From Caldithrix abyssi DSM 13497 (GTDB lineage Bacteria > Electryoneota > AABM5-125-24 > Hatepunaeales > Hatepunaeaceae), in assembly GCA_945865405.1 (NCBI GenBank), contig CAMBDS010000002.1, positions 2,368-66,367 on the forward strand: a stretch of DNA of 64,000 bases. Direction: 5' to 3'. The position numbers and the translations under genes were made by a program. Shown here in pieces: positions 1 to 9,400 of the stretch. Under the pieces are notes generated by a model, which was not told the origin of the DNA, made no database searches, and saw only the letters and a program-made list of their open reading frames with translations. Position 1 is the stretch's first letter. Every line of letters starts with the position of its first letter.

Positions 1-514
1 CTGGAATTTTAATTCTCCCGATTCTGGGACTACCCAATATCCCCATAACATCGAGCAAAGCAGGATCGATGTTCATCACCTTGATGCCGGGAAAATCGAC
101 CAGTGACAGGCCTTGTCCGAAAGCCCGGATTTGGATTCTGTCACCGATCACCATCTTGTCCATTTGCTCTCGTGTGAAGTCGATCATCACATGCTCGACC
201 CCGCCATGAGTTCCAGTTACTCGCCCCCACTCGCCCTTGGCTTCGCCAGATACGACAATTGCCCGATTGCCAACACAGGAGAAAATCTGAAGCGCCGCAT
301 TGGCTGACGATGTTTCCGGCTTGACCGGGCTTTTGATCGAGACGGCCGGTTCGACGTGATCGCAGACCCAGTCGATAGCCGAGTCGCCGATTCGGGCATT
401 GTAGGTTATGCCACCGGTGCCCGGCAATATCATCAATTCGCCGTCTGCCGAGATCCGGTACGGTTTTTCAAGGTTGGCGGGCGGCTCGCAAATTTCGCCA
501 AGTACTGACTGCAT
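1..514 (-). CDS. hypothetical protein, partial (gene runs off window start)
   Basis: Manual reverse-complement translation from ATG (complement of 512-514) is open to the window edge: MQSVLGEICEPPANLEKPYRISADGELMILPGTGGITYNARIGDSAIDWV...GIKVMNIDPALLDVMGILGSPRIGRIKIP. Not in the ORF track because no stop lies inside the window. No family recognised. Confidence 0.4.
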   Translation of the reverse strand, partial: MQSVLGEICEPPANLEKPYRISADGELMILPGTGGITYNARIGDSAIDWVCDHVEPAVSIKSPVKPETSSANAALQIFSCVGNRAIVVSGEAKGEWGRVTGTHGGVEHVMIDFTREQMDKMVIGDRIQIRAFGQGLSLVDFPGIKVMNIDPALLDVMGILGSPRIGRIKIP

Positions 515-580
515 GATCAGCTTGGTGCGGTTGGTCTTTAAGGGCAAAGTAGGCTCCTGAATTGAGTTTATGGCGAAAGA

Positions 581-1840
581 CTAAAAGACGGCGTCTTGAA
601 ACTGTTCGCGGAATTCATCGACAGAGATTCCGGCAACCGAGGCGTATTTGGTCAATTCGCCCAGATCGTCAAAATCTTCCTTTGTCAGGCGTATCATAAA
701 GTTTTGCAACACTTTATATGGGTCGGAATTGGGATCGACCATCCTGATGCGCGCCCGACCGGTCAACGGATCGATCATATCGGGGAACGGAATAGGGATG
801 AACTTACCGTTCTGAACCGAAGCCATCACCGCGTTGCCGCCCTCTATTAGATGAGTTGCCGCGTGATAGCCCAGGTCGCGAGTATATTCGATGTCGAAGG
901 CAATCGGGTCGCAACAACGGAGTTCGTAACCGACGTTTTTGGCAACGACGACAGACTTGATCCCCAACTCCCGCAACCGCTTCTGGACTTCGCGCTTCAT
1001 GATGAGGCCAAAGTCTATCTCGTCGAAGCGGATGTTGTCGTGTTCGTCACGCTCAAGGTGGCCAAGCGCAATCAGATCCTGCACCGGCATTTTGTCCAGA
1101 AGCCCTTCAGCAATAATTGCCACTCCGTCAGGATTACCGTAGGCGAGGCGCTTTATTATCGATCCGGTGATGATGTTGACAAGGCGCTTCATGGTCAGCG
1201 GTGAACTGTCGGGAAATTCCTCAGGGATAAGGGTAAGTGTGTTCCCTGCCGCTTTGGAAATGTTCAATGCAAGATGGCCAGCTTTGCGTCCCATCATCAC
1301 GACGAAGAACCAGCGGGACGTCGTCCTTGCGTCAACCATGAGATTTCGCACAATTTCAAATCCGTAATGACGAGCCGTCTGGAAGCCGAAGGTCGAAATG
1401 CCTGCGGGAAGATCGAGATCGTTGTCGATGGTTTTCGGGACGTGGACGACATGGATGCGTCCTTGCGCCATACGTTCGACGTTCATCGCCGAAAATGCGG
1501 TATCATCCCCGCCAATTGTGACCAGTTTATCGATATTGAGGCGCAGAAGGCTATTGACGACCTGTTCGAGCAGCTTCGGGTCTTTGGTCGGGTTGTCTCT
1601 CGCAATGCCAATGAATGATCCGCCGCTGAAATGGATGCGGCTGACAAGGTCTATTGTGAGTTCCCGAACGTGTGTGATATCGCTTTGCATCAGCCATTTG
1701 AAGCCGTCGAGCAGCCCGACCACTTCGACGCCCGCGACCAGACTGCGGATCGTTGCCGCGCTGATAACGCTGTTGATTCCGGGCGAAGGGCCTCCGGCGA
1801 CCAGTATCCCCATTCTATTTCGGGGTGCGATCATTGTCAT
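581..1840 (-). CDS. pfp: pyrophosphate-dependent 6-phosphofructokinase (PPi-PFK)
   Basis: 419 aa. PFK-A family motifs are GGDDT (rather than the GGDGS of ATP-PFK), PKTIDND (Lys rather than Gly, the PPi-type signature) and MGR. N-terminal glycine-rich loop is VAGGPSPGIN. Confidence 0.8.
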   Translation of the reverse strand: MTMIAPRNRMGILVAGGPSPGINSVISAATIRSLVAGVEVVGLLDGFKWLMQSDITHVRELTIDLVSRIHFSGGSFIGIARDNPTKDPKLLEQVVNSLLRLNIDKLVTIGGDDTAFSAMNVERMAQGRIHVVHVPKTIDNDLDLPAGISTFGFQTARHYGFEIVRNLMVDARTTSRWFFVVMMGRKAGHLALNISKAAGNTLTLIPEEFPDSSPLTMKRLVNIITGSIIKRLAYGNPDGVAIIAEGLLDKMPVQDLIALGHLERDEHDNIRFDEIDFGLIMKREVQKRLRELGIKSVVVAKNVGYELRCCDPIAFDIEYTRDLGYHAATHLIEGGNAVMASVQNGKFIPIPFPDMIDPLTGRARIRMVDPNSDPYKVLQNFMIRLTKEDFDDLGELTKYASVAGISVDEFREQFQDAVF

Positions 1841-2265
1841 TGATGATTCCTAATGTGCAAATTTTTGATAAGATAAGGTGTTCGTGTTTCTTGAACGAAA
1901 GATTGATACGAACGCGATTTAATATTTGTAATACAAGATGATAAACTTAATTTCACGAAAATCTTTCTCAAAAATAGACAAAATCGAGTCAATTGGAAGA
2001 TTCCGCCCGCTCGAATTTGTTGGTCATTTTGTTATATTTTAACGACATCAAGTGAGCGCCCTAAATTATCTTCACATCGTCACAATCGTCACAGACCTTA
2101 TCAGGCAGGGTTTTGTGGCGATTTTACTTATTATTTTCCGTCACCAAAATCACAGAAACAAGTGGCTGGTGGACTGGTGACCGGGTATTGGTCAGCGGAA
2201 ATTATGTCGATAATATACGGAATATTTTGGCAAAAAGCAAGAGAATTGGCGAGTATTTGGAGGGG

Positions 2266-4554
2266 TTATCGCATTAAGACGATTTTTTGAGTGGAAATGT
2301 CGGAACCTGATTGGAGGCGGACGAGATAGACTCCTGCGGGGGCGGAGGAGGCGTTCCAGACAAGTTTGGAATTTGGAGTTTGGAGTTTGGATTGAGGAAG
2401 GTCGAGCAGATCCTTTACAATCCGCCCCGACAGGTCGTAGATGCGTAGCCCGGCTTCCCCGAAGCCGGGGTTGAGAGAGAACCGTATGGTCAGAATCGAG
2501 TTAAACGGATTCGGCGACACACTCAATAACTCAGTCGCGTAGGGCCGATCTCCGAATCGGCCATCTTTCCCCACCCCCAAATCCCGCACCGTCACATCCC
2601 ACGTCACCGTATCCGCCTCAACCGAATCAGCCACAATGGCAGACACTTGGTAGTGCGGATTTAAATCCGCACTACCGGCAAATCTCCACTCCAGCCCCAA
2701 CTCCCCCTCCCGAACCACCTCCCCATCGACAAGCCACTGAATGCTTAGCGACTCGTTCTCCGGCTCACTCGGCACAACCTCGAAATGGACGACGCTGTCG
2801 GGTTCTACGTCGAAAGCAAGAGCCTCTGGCACATACGCCCAGATCGCCCCTCGAACGGCCACGTTCCACGTCACCTGATCGGACGACTGACCGCGATAAG
2901 CCCTTCCTTCAACCGTATAGTCCCCCGACCAAGGAAACTCGAACGTAACGCCGGCATCCCTGCCGGCTTCTTCTGTCTCCCCATTGCTCAGGTTCGTCTT
3001 CGTCCAGACGTATTCCGGTTCCTCTTCGCCAACATACTGAACAGTATCTATCGAGAAATCAACTAAGGAGCCTCTGCGTAGAGTGAGGTTGAGTGTATCG
3101 GGCGTAAACGCGGAGATGTAGAGGTCGGTGACGGTGACGTGCCATTGTACAGAATCGGCAAATTGGCCATCGGAGACTATGCAGACAACCTCGTGGTTAC
3201 CGACATCAGACCAGCTTAGGATTATTGCATTCGATTCTGAAACGACTTCGCCATCGATTTTATACCTAAAAATTACTGAGTCACCTTGAGGATCCTGAGC
3301 ACGAACTCTGAAAAGCAACTCTTGATCAATCAACATATTGACATCGGGCGGTGGCGGGCGAACAAATAGTATTTCAGGAGCTTGGGGTTCGTAACCTAAT
3401 GTCACGACTATACCTCTGCCGCCATTATCAGGATTACTCTGTTCTCCAACAAAGACGAACTCCTGATTACGGTTGACAATCCCCTCAAGCAATAAACCAC
3501 TACCTCCTCTTCCAGGAGGAACAACAAGCCTCAGTTCCCACTGAAGATTACCGGCGCGGTCTGTCAGCACGATTCCTGGAGCGGAATCTGCCCATCCTCC
3601 TATCAGCGCAATCGTTCCGTCATTCAATCGCGCCAATCCGGATGTTCCCAACCAATTTTCAATGTTTATCAATCGGCTATCCCAGCGTACTTCCCCATTC
3701 CTACTCACGCGGAGAACCCTTGGATAGCTTCTGTTGTGATTGAACCAGAAATTCCCGCCCAATAAAAAATCGCCATCATAAGATTCCATACCACTGATTG
3801 CAACATTACTTTCACCAACCGGGTATTGCCAATGATCGACAGTATGCAATTCGTAATCGACGTGTACCAAAGGTCCTGAACTTGTATTATTTTGGCCCGT
3901 AAAGTAGAATCCCTCTCCCGCAGCCTCCCGAGCTACAGTTATCTGAGAACAGATATCGGGATCGTAAGTTGCGTCGATTATAATTTCACCTTCCTCATCT
4001 ACCAAGACGGCGTATCCGTGAAATTCTTCATCAATCATTCTGCGACCTGCCAATAGAAATGTTCCCGCCTTTGTTTCGATAACACTACTGCATTGGCCTT
4101 GATCATTGCCGTTGTATCGACGTTCCCAAATTAACCTTCCGTCGTCTCCTCTGCACATAAAGGCAACAAAGTGATTGCTCGCTATACCCGCCCCGCCGAC
4201 AAGGATGTTACCAGCGTCTGTCTCGATCAAGCACTCCGGACTGTCGCTGGTTTGATCCCCAAATCCGTCCCACCATCGCTCCCAGATGATTTCTCCAACA
4301 TCATCGATTTTGAAGAGCCAGTTGTGAGCATAGGCTCCTGGCCCGCGACGTCCATGATTACTTCCGACACAGATATAGTTGTCATCCTCGCATTGATAGA
4401 TATCGCGGATATCTTCTAACCAAACGCCATAAAAGTGGTAGTCTCGTAAGATGGGCTGGGCACTTAGAGATGAAACTATCAGTGGAATCGAAGTCAGCCA
4501 GAGGAGTAGTCTATGGCTCGAAAATTGAAGGCTCATAATATTTTCTGTAAACAA
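2266..4554 (-). CDS. T9SS C-terminal-domain secreted protein, repeat-rich (beta-propeller-like)
   Basis: 762 aa. N-terminal signal peptide. C-terminus is SVSPNPFNSILTIRFSL...LRIYDLSGRIVKDLL...AGVYLVRLQSGSDISTQKIVLMR, a Por/T9SS sorting domain. Internal repeats are degenerate. Confidence 0.75.
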   Translation of the reverse strand: MFTENIMSLQFSSHRLLLWLTSIPLIVSSLSAQPILRDYHFYGVWLEDIRDIYQCEDDNYICVGSNHGRRGPGAYAHNWLFKIDDVGEIIWERWWDGFGDQTSDSPECLIETDAGNILVGGAGIASNHFVAFMCRGDDGRLIWERRYNGNDQGQCSSVIETKAGTFLLAGRRMIDEEFHGYAVLVDEEGEIIIDATYDPDICSQITVAREAAGEGFYFTGQNNTSSGPLVHVDYELHTVDHWQYPVGESNVAISGMESYDGDFLLGGNFWFNHNRSYPRVLRVSRNGEVRWDSRLINIENWLGTSGLARLNDGTIALIGGWADSAPGIVLTDRAGNLQWELRLVVPPGRGGSGLLLEGIVNRNQEFVFVGEQSNPDNGGRGIVVTLGYEPQAPEILFVRPPPPDVNMLIDQELLFRVRAQDPQGDSVIFRYKIDGEVVSESNAIILSWSDVGNHEVVCIVSDGQFADSVQWHVTVTDLYISAFTPDTLNLTLRRGSLVDFSIDTVQYVGEEEPEYVWTKTNLSNGETEEAGRDAGVTFEFPWSGDYTVEGRAYRGQSSDQVTWNVAVRGAIWAYVPEALAFDVEPDSVVHFEVVPSEPENESLSIQWLVDGEVVREGELGLEWRFAGSADLNPHYQVSAIVADSVEADTVTWDVTVRDLGVGKDGRFGDRPYATELLSVSPNPFNSILTIRFSLNPGFGEAGLRIYDLSGRIVKDLLDLPQSKLQTPNSKLVWNASSAPAGVYLVRLQSGSDISTQKIVLMR
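2365..2392. repeat. (TTTGGAR)4 heptanucleotide repeat inside T9SS cargo CDS
   Basis: tttggaatttggagtttggagtttggat. Encodes KLQTPNSKL in the minus frame. Confidence 0.85.
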
Positions 4555-4602
4555 TTGTAATCGGGGAGCATCTATCGATACTCCCCGAGTGCAAAATTGA
4601 CT

Positions 4603-5022
4603 CTACATTACGAAGGCGAATTGCCAATCAAGATAAGTACTTGAACCACCGCTTGTTGCGTTTCCCGGATTGGCACTGGGACTGACACCCCAATATTCCG
4701 TCTCGCCTTCGTTCGAATATCGAACCCACCAAGTAACAAAATTACCGGCTCGTTGATATGTGTATGTACCAAGACCTTGAGAGGTCGGGTCAGACCATCC
4801 ATCATCTGGTGAATTATTGTTATTGGCGTCAAAACAAAATTGCACACTAATTTCGTCTTCAGCAATTGGCACATGGCTTTCGCCATTCAGCCACCAACAA
4901 TAGACGTTGAAGTAAGTGTCTGCCTTCACCTCTTTCGGCGGCGGATAGACCAACACCCCGACCACAACCGCAATAATTGCAACCAGCCCGATCAGGGCTC
5001 TTAGTCGATCTTGCTTCTTCAT
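4603..5022 (-). CDS. small secreted/membrane-anchored hypothetical protein
   Basis: ORF track gives 4603..5100. The more plausible start is the internal MKKQDRLRALIGLVAIIAVVVGVLV, a signal or anchor helix. The Trp- and Asn-rich C-terminal part matches no known family. Confidence 0.45.
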   Translation of the reverse strand: MKKQDRLRALIGLVAIIAVVVGVLVYPPPKEVKADTYFNVYCWWLNGESHVPIAEDEISVQFCFDANNNNSPDDGWSDPTSQGLGTYTYQRAGNFVTWWVRYSNEGETEYWGVSPSANPGNATSGGSSTYLDWQFAFVM

Positions 5023-5262
5023 TTCAACCTCCAATTTGACTTTCTTAACGAATTTTCGTACATTGGAGGTGCATCCGTTTTGCGACGGACGCACCTCCAC
5101 ATTTATGAGCGTCTCTTCAACTTTTACGGGTTAGGTAGAGACGCTCGTGGTTTTTGACCACCGGGTTCTTTTAAGCAAAAAACCCGCCTCAAGGATCGGC
5201 AGAGCGTTATGAGACGCATCAGCCAATCCCCGGAGCGGGGCTTTAACTTTTTGGCAACCTAA

Positions 5263-5306
5263 GTTGCGAGGGGGTGCAAGGTGCAAGGTGCAAGGTGCAA
5301 GGTGCA
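5263..5306. repeat. (GGTGCAA)6 heptanucleotide tandem repeat, intergenic
   Basis: ggtgcaa x6, read directly. Lies upstream of the minus-strand small secreted protein gene. Confidence 0.9.
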
Positions 5307-5572
5307 AGGTGCAAGGAAAAGATCTGACCATTAGGCTTCCGGTGAAAGGTCTATAGAGTTCTTTTCAGTATCTACCATAACAATATAATAGCGTCATGAA
5401 TACATCGCAAGAAGTTCGGCATTTATTTTTTGAAGATAGGGTGGAGGATTGGGGGAATAACGACGTAAAGTGAAGAATGTGAAATGGTTGAGGCGAAGTA
5501 GAAAGAGGAAGAAGGTTAGTGGATACCGGCGTTCGCCGGTATGAGATGTTATTTAGTGAGAAGTGAGTTTAG

Positions 5573-5635
5573 ATGCTGGCAGACGAGACATCTGCCAGCA
5601 CAAGAGCGGACTTAAAGTCCGCCCTCCAAGAATAG
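5573..5635. repeat. REP-like paired hairpin element, copy 1 (just 3' of rsbW-like stop)
   Basis: gctggcagacg-agaca-tctgccagc, then gcggact-taa-agtccgc CCTCCAAGA. Confidence 0.7.
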
Positions 5636-5640
5636 TATCA

Positions 5641-6063
5641 TTATCCCACCCTCTTAGCATTTTTGGTCATTCTGACGACTTTCAGACCACCCGGCTCGGT
5701 GGAGAATTTGGCGCTGTCCATCAATTCGTTGATAAGATAAATGCCAAGCCCGCCGATTTTTCGATTCATCCACGTCGAAGTGAGATCTACTGGTGCAACT
5801 TCTTCCATCACGTACGGAGTCCCGTTCTCTCTGATCGTGATCGTCAAAGTGTTGTAGTCAGACTCTATCTCAAACTCGAACGTGCGCGAGGAATCTTCGT
5901 GAAGCCCATGCACAATGGCATTTGTGCATGCTTCTGCTACGGCAACCTGAACGTCATGGAGCTCGGTCACGCTCAGGTGGACGAACCCTGCATAGCGTTC
6001 AACCAATTCTGAGACGTCTGCCAGAGAGTTCCGGTCGGCAGGGAGGGTTAATTTCTCCCGCAA
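5641..6063 (-). CDS. anti-sigma factor serine-protein kinase (RsbW/SpoIIAB-like, HATPase_c)
   Basis: 140 aa. GHKL ATPase motifs are EACTNAIVHG (N-box) and GGLGIYLI (G-box). Sits immediately downstream of a STAS-domain gene. Confidence 0.7.
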   Translation of the reverse strand: MREKLTLPADRNSLADVSELVERYAGFVHLSVTELHDVQVAVAEACTNAIVHGLHEDSSRTFEFEIESDYNTLTITIRENGTPYVMEEVAPVDLTSTWMNRKIGGLGIYLINELMDSAKFSTEPGGLKVVRMTKNAKRVG

Positions 6064-6075
6064 GAGTGAAAACTC

Positions 6076-6429
6076 CTACCCGAAAAAGCTTTGGGTGGCA
6101 GTCGGCACATCGTCGAAAATCCTGATGACCGAAAAAAGCCCTGAAAGTTCAAAGACTTTGGAGACCGACTCCGGCAAAGCCGCCACGCGCAAATCTCCGC
6201 GGTGAGTGATGCGCAACTCTTTCGTCATCGCCAACACTACACGCAAGCCTGCTGACGCGATGTACTGTACGTTCGCCATGTTCAGCACGACGTGAGTCAA
6301 TCCGCGTCCGATGCAGTCGCGGATATATTGTTCGACCGATGGCGCTGTCGCCGCATCGAAGCGTCCGTCCAGATTGATCTGAACGACGTTATTCCATACC
6401 TGACCCGAGATATTCAATGTTTTTCCCAA
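6076..6429 (-). CDS. anti-sigma factor antagonist (STAS domain, SpoIIAA/RsbV-like)
   Basis: 117 aa. STAS pattern is LDGRFDAATAP...VVLNMANVQYIASAGLRVVL, with the conserved phosphorylatable Ser in the SAGL context. Confidence 0.75.
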   Translation of the reverse strand: MGKTLNISGQVWNNVVQINLDGRFDAATAPSVEQYIRDCIGRGLTHVVLNMANVQYIASAGLRVVLAMTKELRITHRGDLRVAALPESVSKVFELSGLFSVIRIFDDVPTATQSFFG

Positions 6430-6467
6430 TTTGTTTTCTTGGAGGGCGGATTCTTACTCCGCCTCAA

Positions 6468-9400
6468 TTACCTGACCAAAACTAATTTCGCAATAGCTGA
6501 TTTATCGGCCTGACTGACTCGCACCCAATAGATACCACTTGCCATATGATCTTCCCCAACCGAAGGAAAAAAGAATTTGTGGCTACCGGCTTGCATAACT
6601 GATCGATTGGCATAAACCACCTGCCCGAGCAAGTTGTAGAAGGCGAGGGAAACTTCGCCCGCGACTGCCACATCGACTGTCACCGTCACGCGGCTGTTGA
6701 ATGGATTGGGGAAGACTGGCCTCAAGCCAAATTCAGTCGGCAACACCGGCAGATTGATCGTGAACGACCATCCGCTGTCACCGGGAGCTGCGATGGTCGT
6801 AAAATTCCTCGTATCCATCGCCCGTACCCGCCAGAAGATAGTCATCCCCTCTGGAAGGCCATCGGTAACGTGGCTTACACGTGCAAGGTTCGCAGGAACA
6901 TCGGTAATATAAGTAAATGTGTCCAAAGTTGGCGCGCTCGAAGCAGGGAAATTACCGGTACGCGACCACTCGATGACGTACCTGACGGTGTCCCCCGGAT
7001 CGTTATCGACCGACTTGCTCCACCTGACCAGCACGGAATCGTTCCTGACGCTTGCCCCGTCGGGTGGTGATAACAATTGGAACTGACCGGGTTGATTATA
7101 CCTGTTGGACGCCATCGGCGAACCGTTTCGAACCAACGAAGCGCGCCAATTGGTTGAGTCTTCATTGCGCAATGCCGGATCGATCAATTCGAGCGTTGCG
7201 CCAAGCCCATCCGCTTCTCCGGGCCAGGGCGGAATATCGTTGAAGCGCACGGAGTCGATAGTCTCCAGACGGGAGCTAAGGAGCCTGACCTGATCGCCAT
7301 TCCCATCCAAACCAAAGCCCATATTGCCCAGGACGTTGTTCATCCCCGGAAAAAACCGGTGGAATTTCATAGTATCTTCAGCGACTACCAGGTATTGACC
7401 TGAGGGAATCGTTGTCCCGATGGGGAAAACGTAATGATGGGTAGAATCCTGATCCGAGAGGGACCAATCGGATAAGTTTACTTCGCCGTCTAGTGCGTAT
7501 AACTCGACCCAATCCCCTGTGTCGAAGCTATCAAGCGAATGGTAGTTGATCTCGTTGATAACCGGCAGTCCAACCAACCCTGGAGCGAGGGCAAAGATTG
7601 CCGTCAGTGAGCGGTCATTATCTAATGTTATCGTGATGCGGGAATCTGTCGAAGCTGAACCTCCCGTCCAACCGATAAAGCGATACCCGGGCAGCGGAAC
7701 TGCATCGAGCACTATCGGCACCGTTCTAAAATAGATTCCGCTCCAACCTGTCGGGATGATGTTGCGCCCGTTGATCTTGATGTCACCGCCAACGGGAGGA
7801 TTGCAGCTCAGGGTGATCGACGCGTGACCGGGCAGATTGAATCGCTCTTCGAGAAATTGACGCATCGCGGCGGGTCTGTTATGAGCAAAAGGAGGTATCG
7901 TAGCGACTTTCTCCTCCCATTCGGCAAGATTACGATCCCATCTGACAAGGTGACGCTCGACCTCTCCTTGTATCGTCGCCTTTTTTTCGTTCATATGACG
8001 CAACACATTGTCCGGCTTGAACTGAAAATTCATCAAATTGGCGAAACCGTTGATGAACTTTGCGCGGAATATAGGATTCTCGCACAGTTTACGCAGGTAA
8101 AGAGTTGCATAGGGAGGATTGGGCCAGACGGGTCCGTCAGGATCAAGGGCGTCGGCAAGGCTGTTGTGAACCCAAGAGCTGTCGGCATGTAAACCGAAGC
8201 CGAAGTCGAGGTCAAGCAGGAACCAGTGCCATTTTTCGCCAGGCCTCCTGATGCGGAATAATCGATTGTTGTTGCCGGGCCAATCGCCATTATCTACATA
8301 GATATTGACGGCGTTGTACTTGATAAACTCATCGATATCGACCATCTCTTCGGCAATCCGGTAATTATCGGCTAAAGATAGGTCGCGAGTGTTGAAAAAC
8401 TCGACCAATTCGGTATAGGCGTCCCATTCACCATTAACCTTTTCACCCCAAATTTCGAACTCATCAACTTCGCTCGGATCGACATTGCGGCGCTCGGCGA
8501 CAAACTGCTCGTTCATCTGTTGACGGATATTGAGTATCCCCCAGTAAGCCCCATTCAGATAAATAATAGCGGGTCGATAGGCAGAAATGTAGGGAAAATC
8601 CTCTCGCATCAATCCAGTCAGCAAATCGTCGCGGAAAATCGCATGATCCCAGTCTGATCCACCATTTCGCAAAACCAGAGACTCAAATTTATCGAATGAC
8701 CAATCGGGAAAGACCCGGTAGGCAATGTTGGGATCACCATACTTCGCCCTCGCCATGATTCGCAACGATTTCTGTGGAAATGATCTCGTCCAGCCGCCGT
8801 GAATCTTCAGGCCTGCATCGACCTCAAACGCTTCGAGGCCGTTGGTTTCGAACATCTCGACATGGACAGGCCGCTCCCAATTCTGCCAGAAGTTTGCTCC
8901 TCGAAAGGGCGGCAGCGGGTCGTATGTCGGCCCAAGGACGTACATCCCGGTCTCAGGATTCCAAAGATCGTCGGGCTTCATCGAAAGTGAAATTACCGGC
9001 AACGTAGGTCGGGGTCCTATGATGTAGCTCCTGACCCGGTCAGGGCTGAGCAACTCCCCCGGTATCCGCGCAACTGCTCTCACAACGCAAGATGTATCGA
9101 GCACAAACGGTCCAGTGTAAAATATGGACGATTCGTCTGGAGTTGAGCCGTCAAGCGTGTAATAAATATTCGCTTGTGTAATCGTGTCACGGATCGTGAC
9201 CGTTATCGGAGTCGTGTAAAAGCCAGGCAGTGGCGACATCAGCGGTTTCGGAGTGACAACAGTTCCTCCGACAAGCGGGTTGGGTTCTCCGGGCGTCGGA
9301 ATTTGGAAGATCCGCCAGTCGTTCGAACCATCGGGTGCTCGCCCTCGCGACATATTCGAGGGGACATCCTGAACTATCACTTCATCAACAACTGTCCCGT

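Noticed and set aside
113-399. Small ORFs 113..307 (+) and 217..399 (-)
   Set aside because: They overlap the better-supported partial minus-strand gene (1..514) in other frames and have no features.
5107-5159. Hairpin gagcgtctct-N20-agagacgctc followed by TTTTT, oriented as a plus-strand terminator
   Set aside because: There is no plus-strand gene upstream to terminate, and the 20-nt loop makes it a weak terminator. It is more likely part of the promoter or regulatory region of the minus-strand gene. Noted inside the GGTGCAA finding.
5263-5306. Possibility that the short tandem repeats (heptamers, 14-mer, 21-mer) represent a CRISPR array
   Set aside because: The units are 7-21 nt and directly abutting, with no spacers. 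There are no cas genes nearby and no ~28-37-nt repeat/spacer periodicity anywhere in the window.
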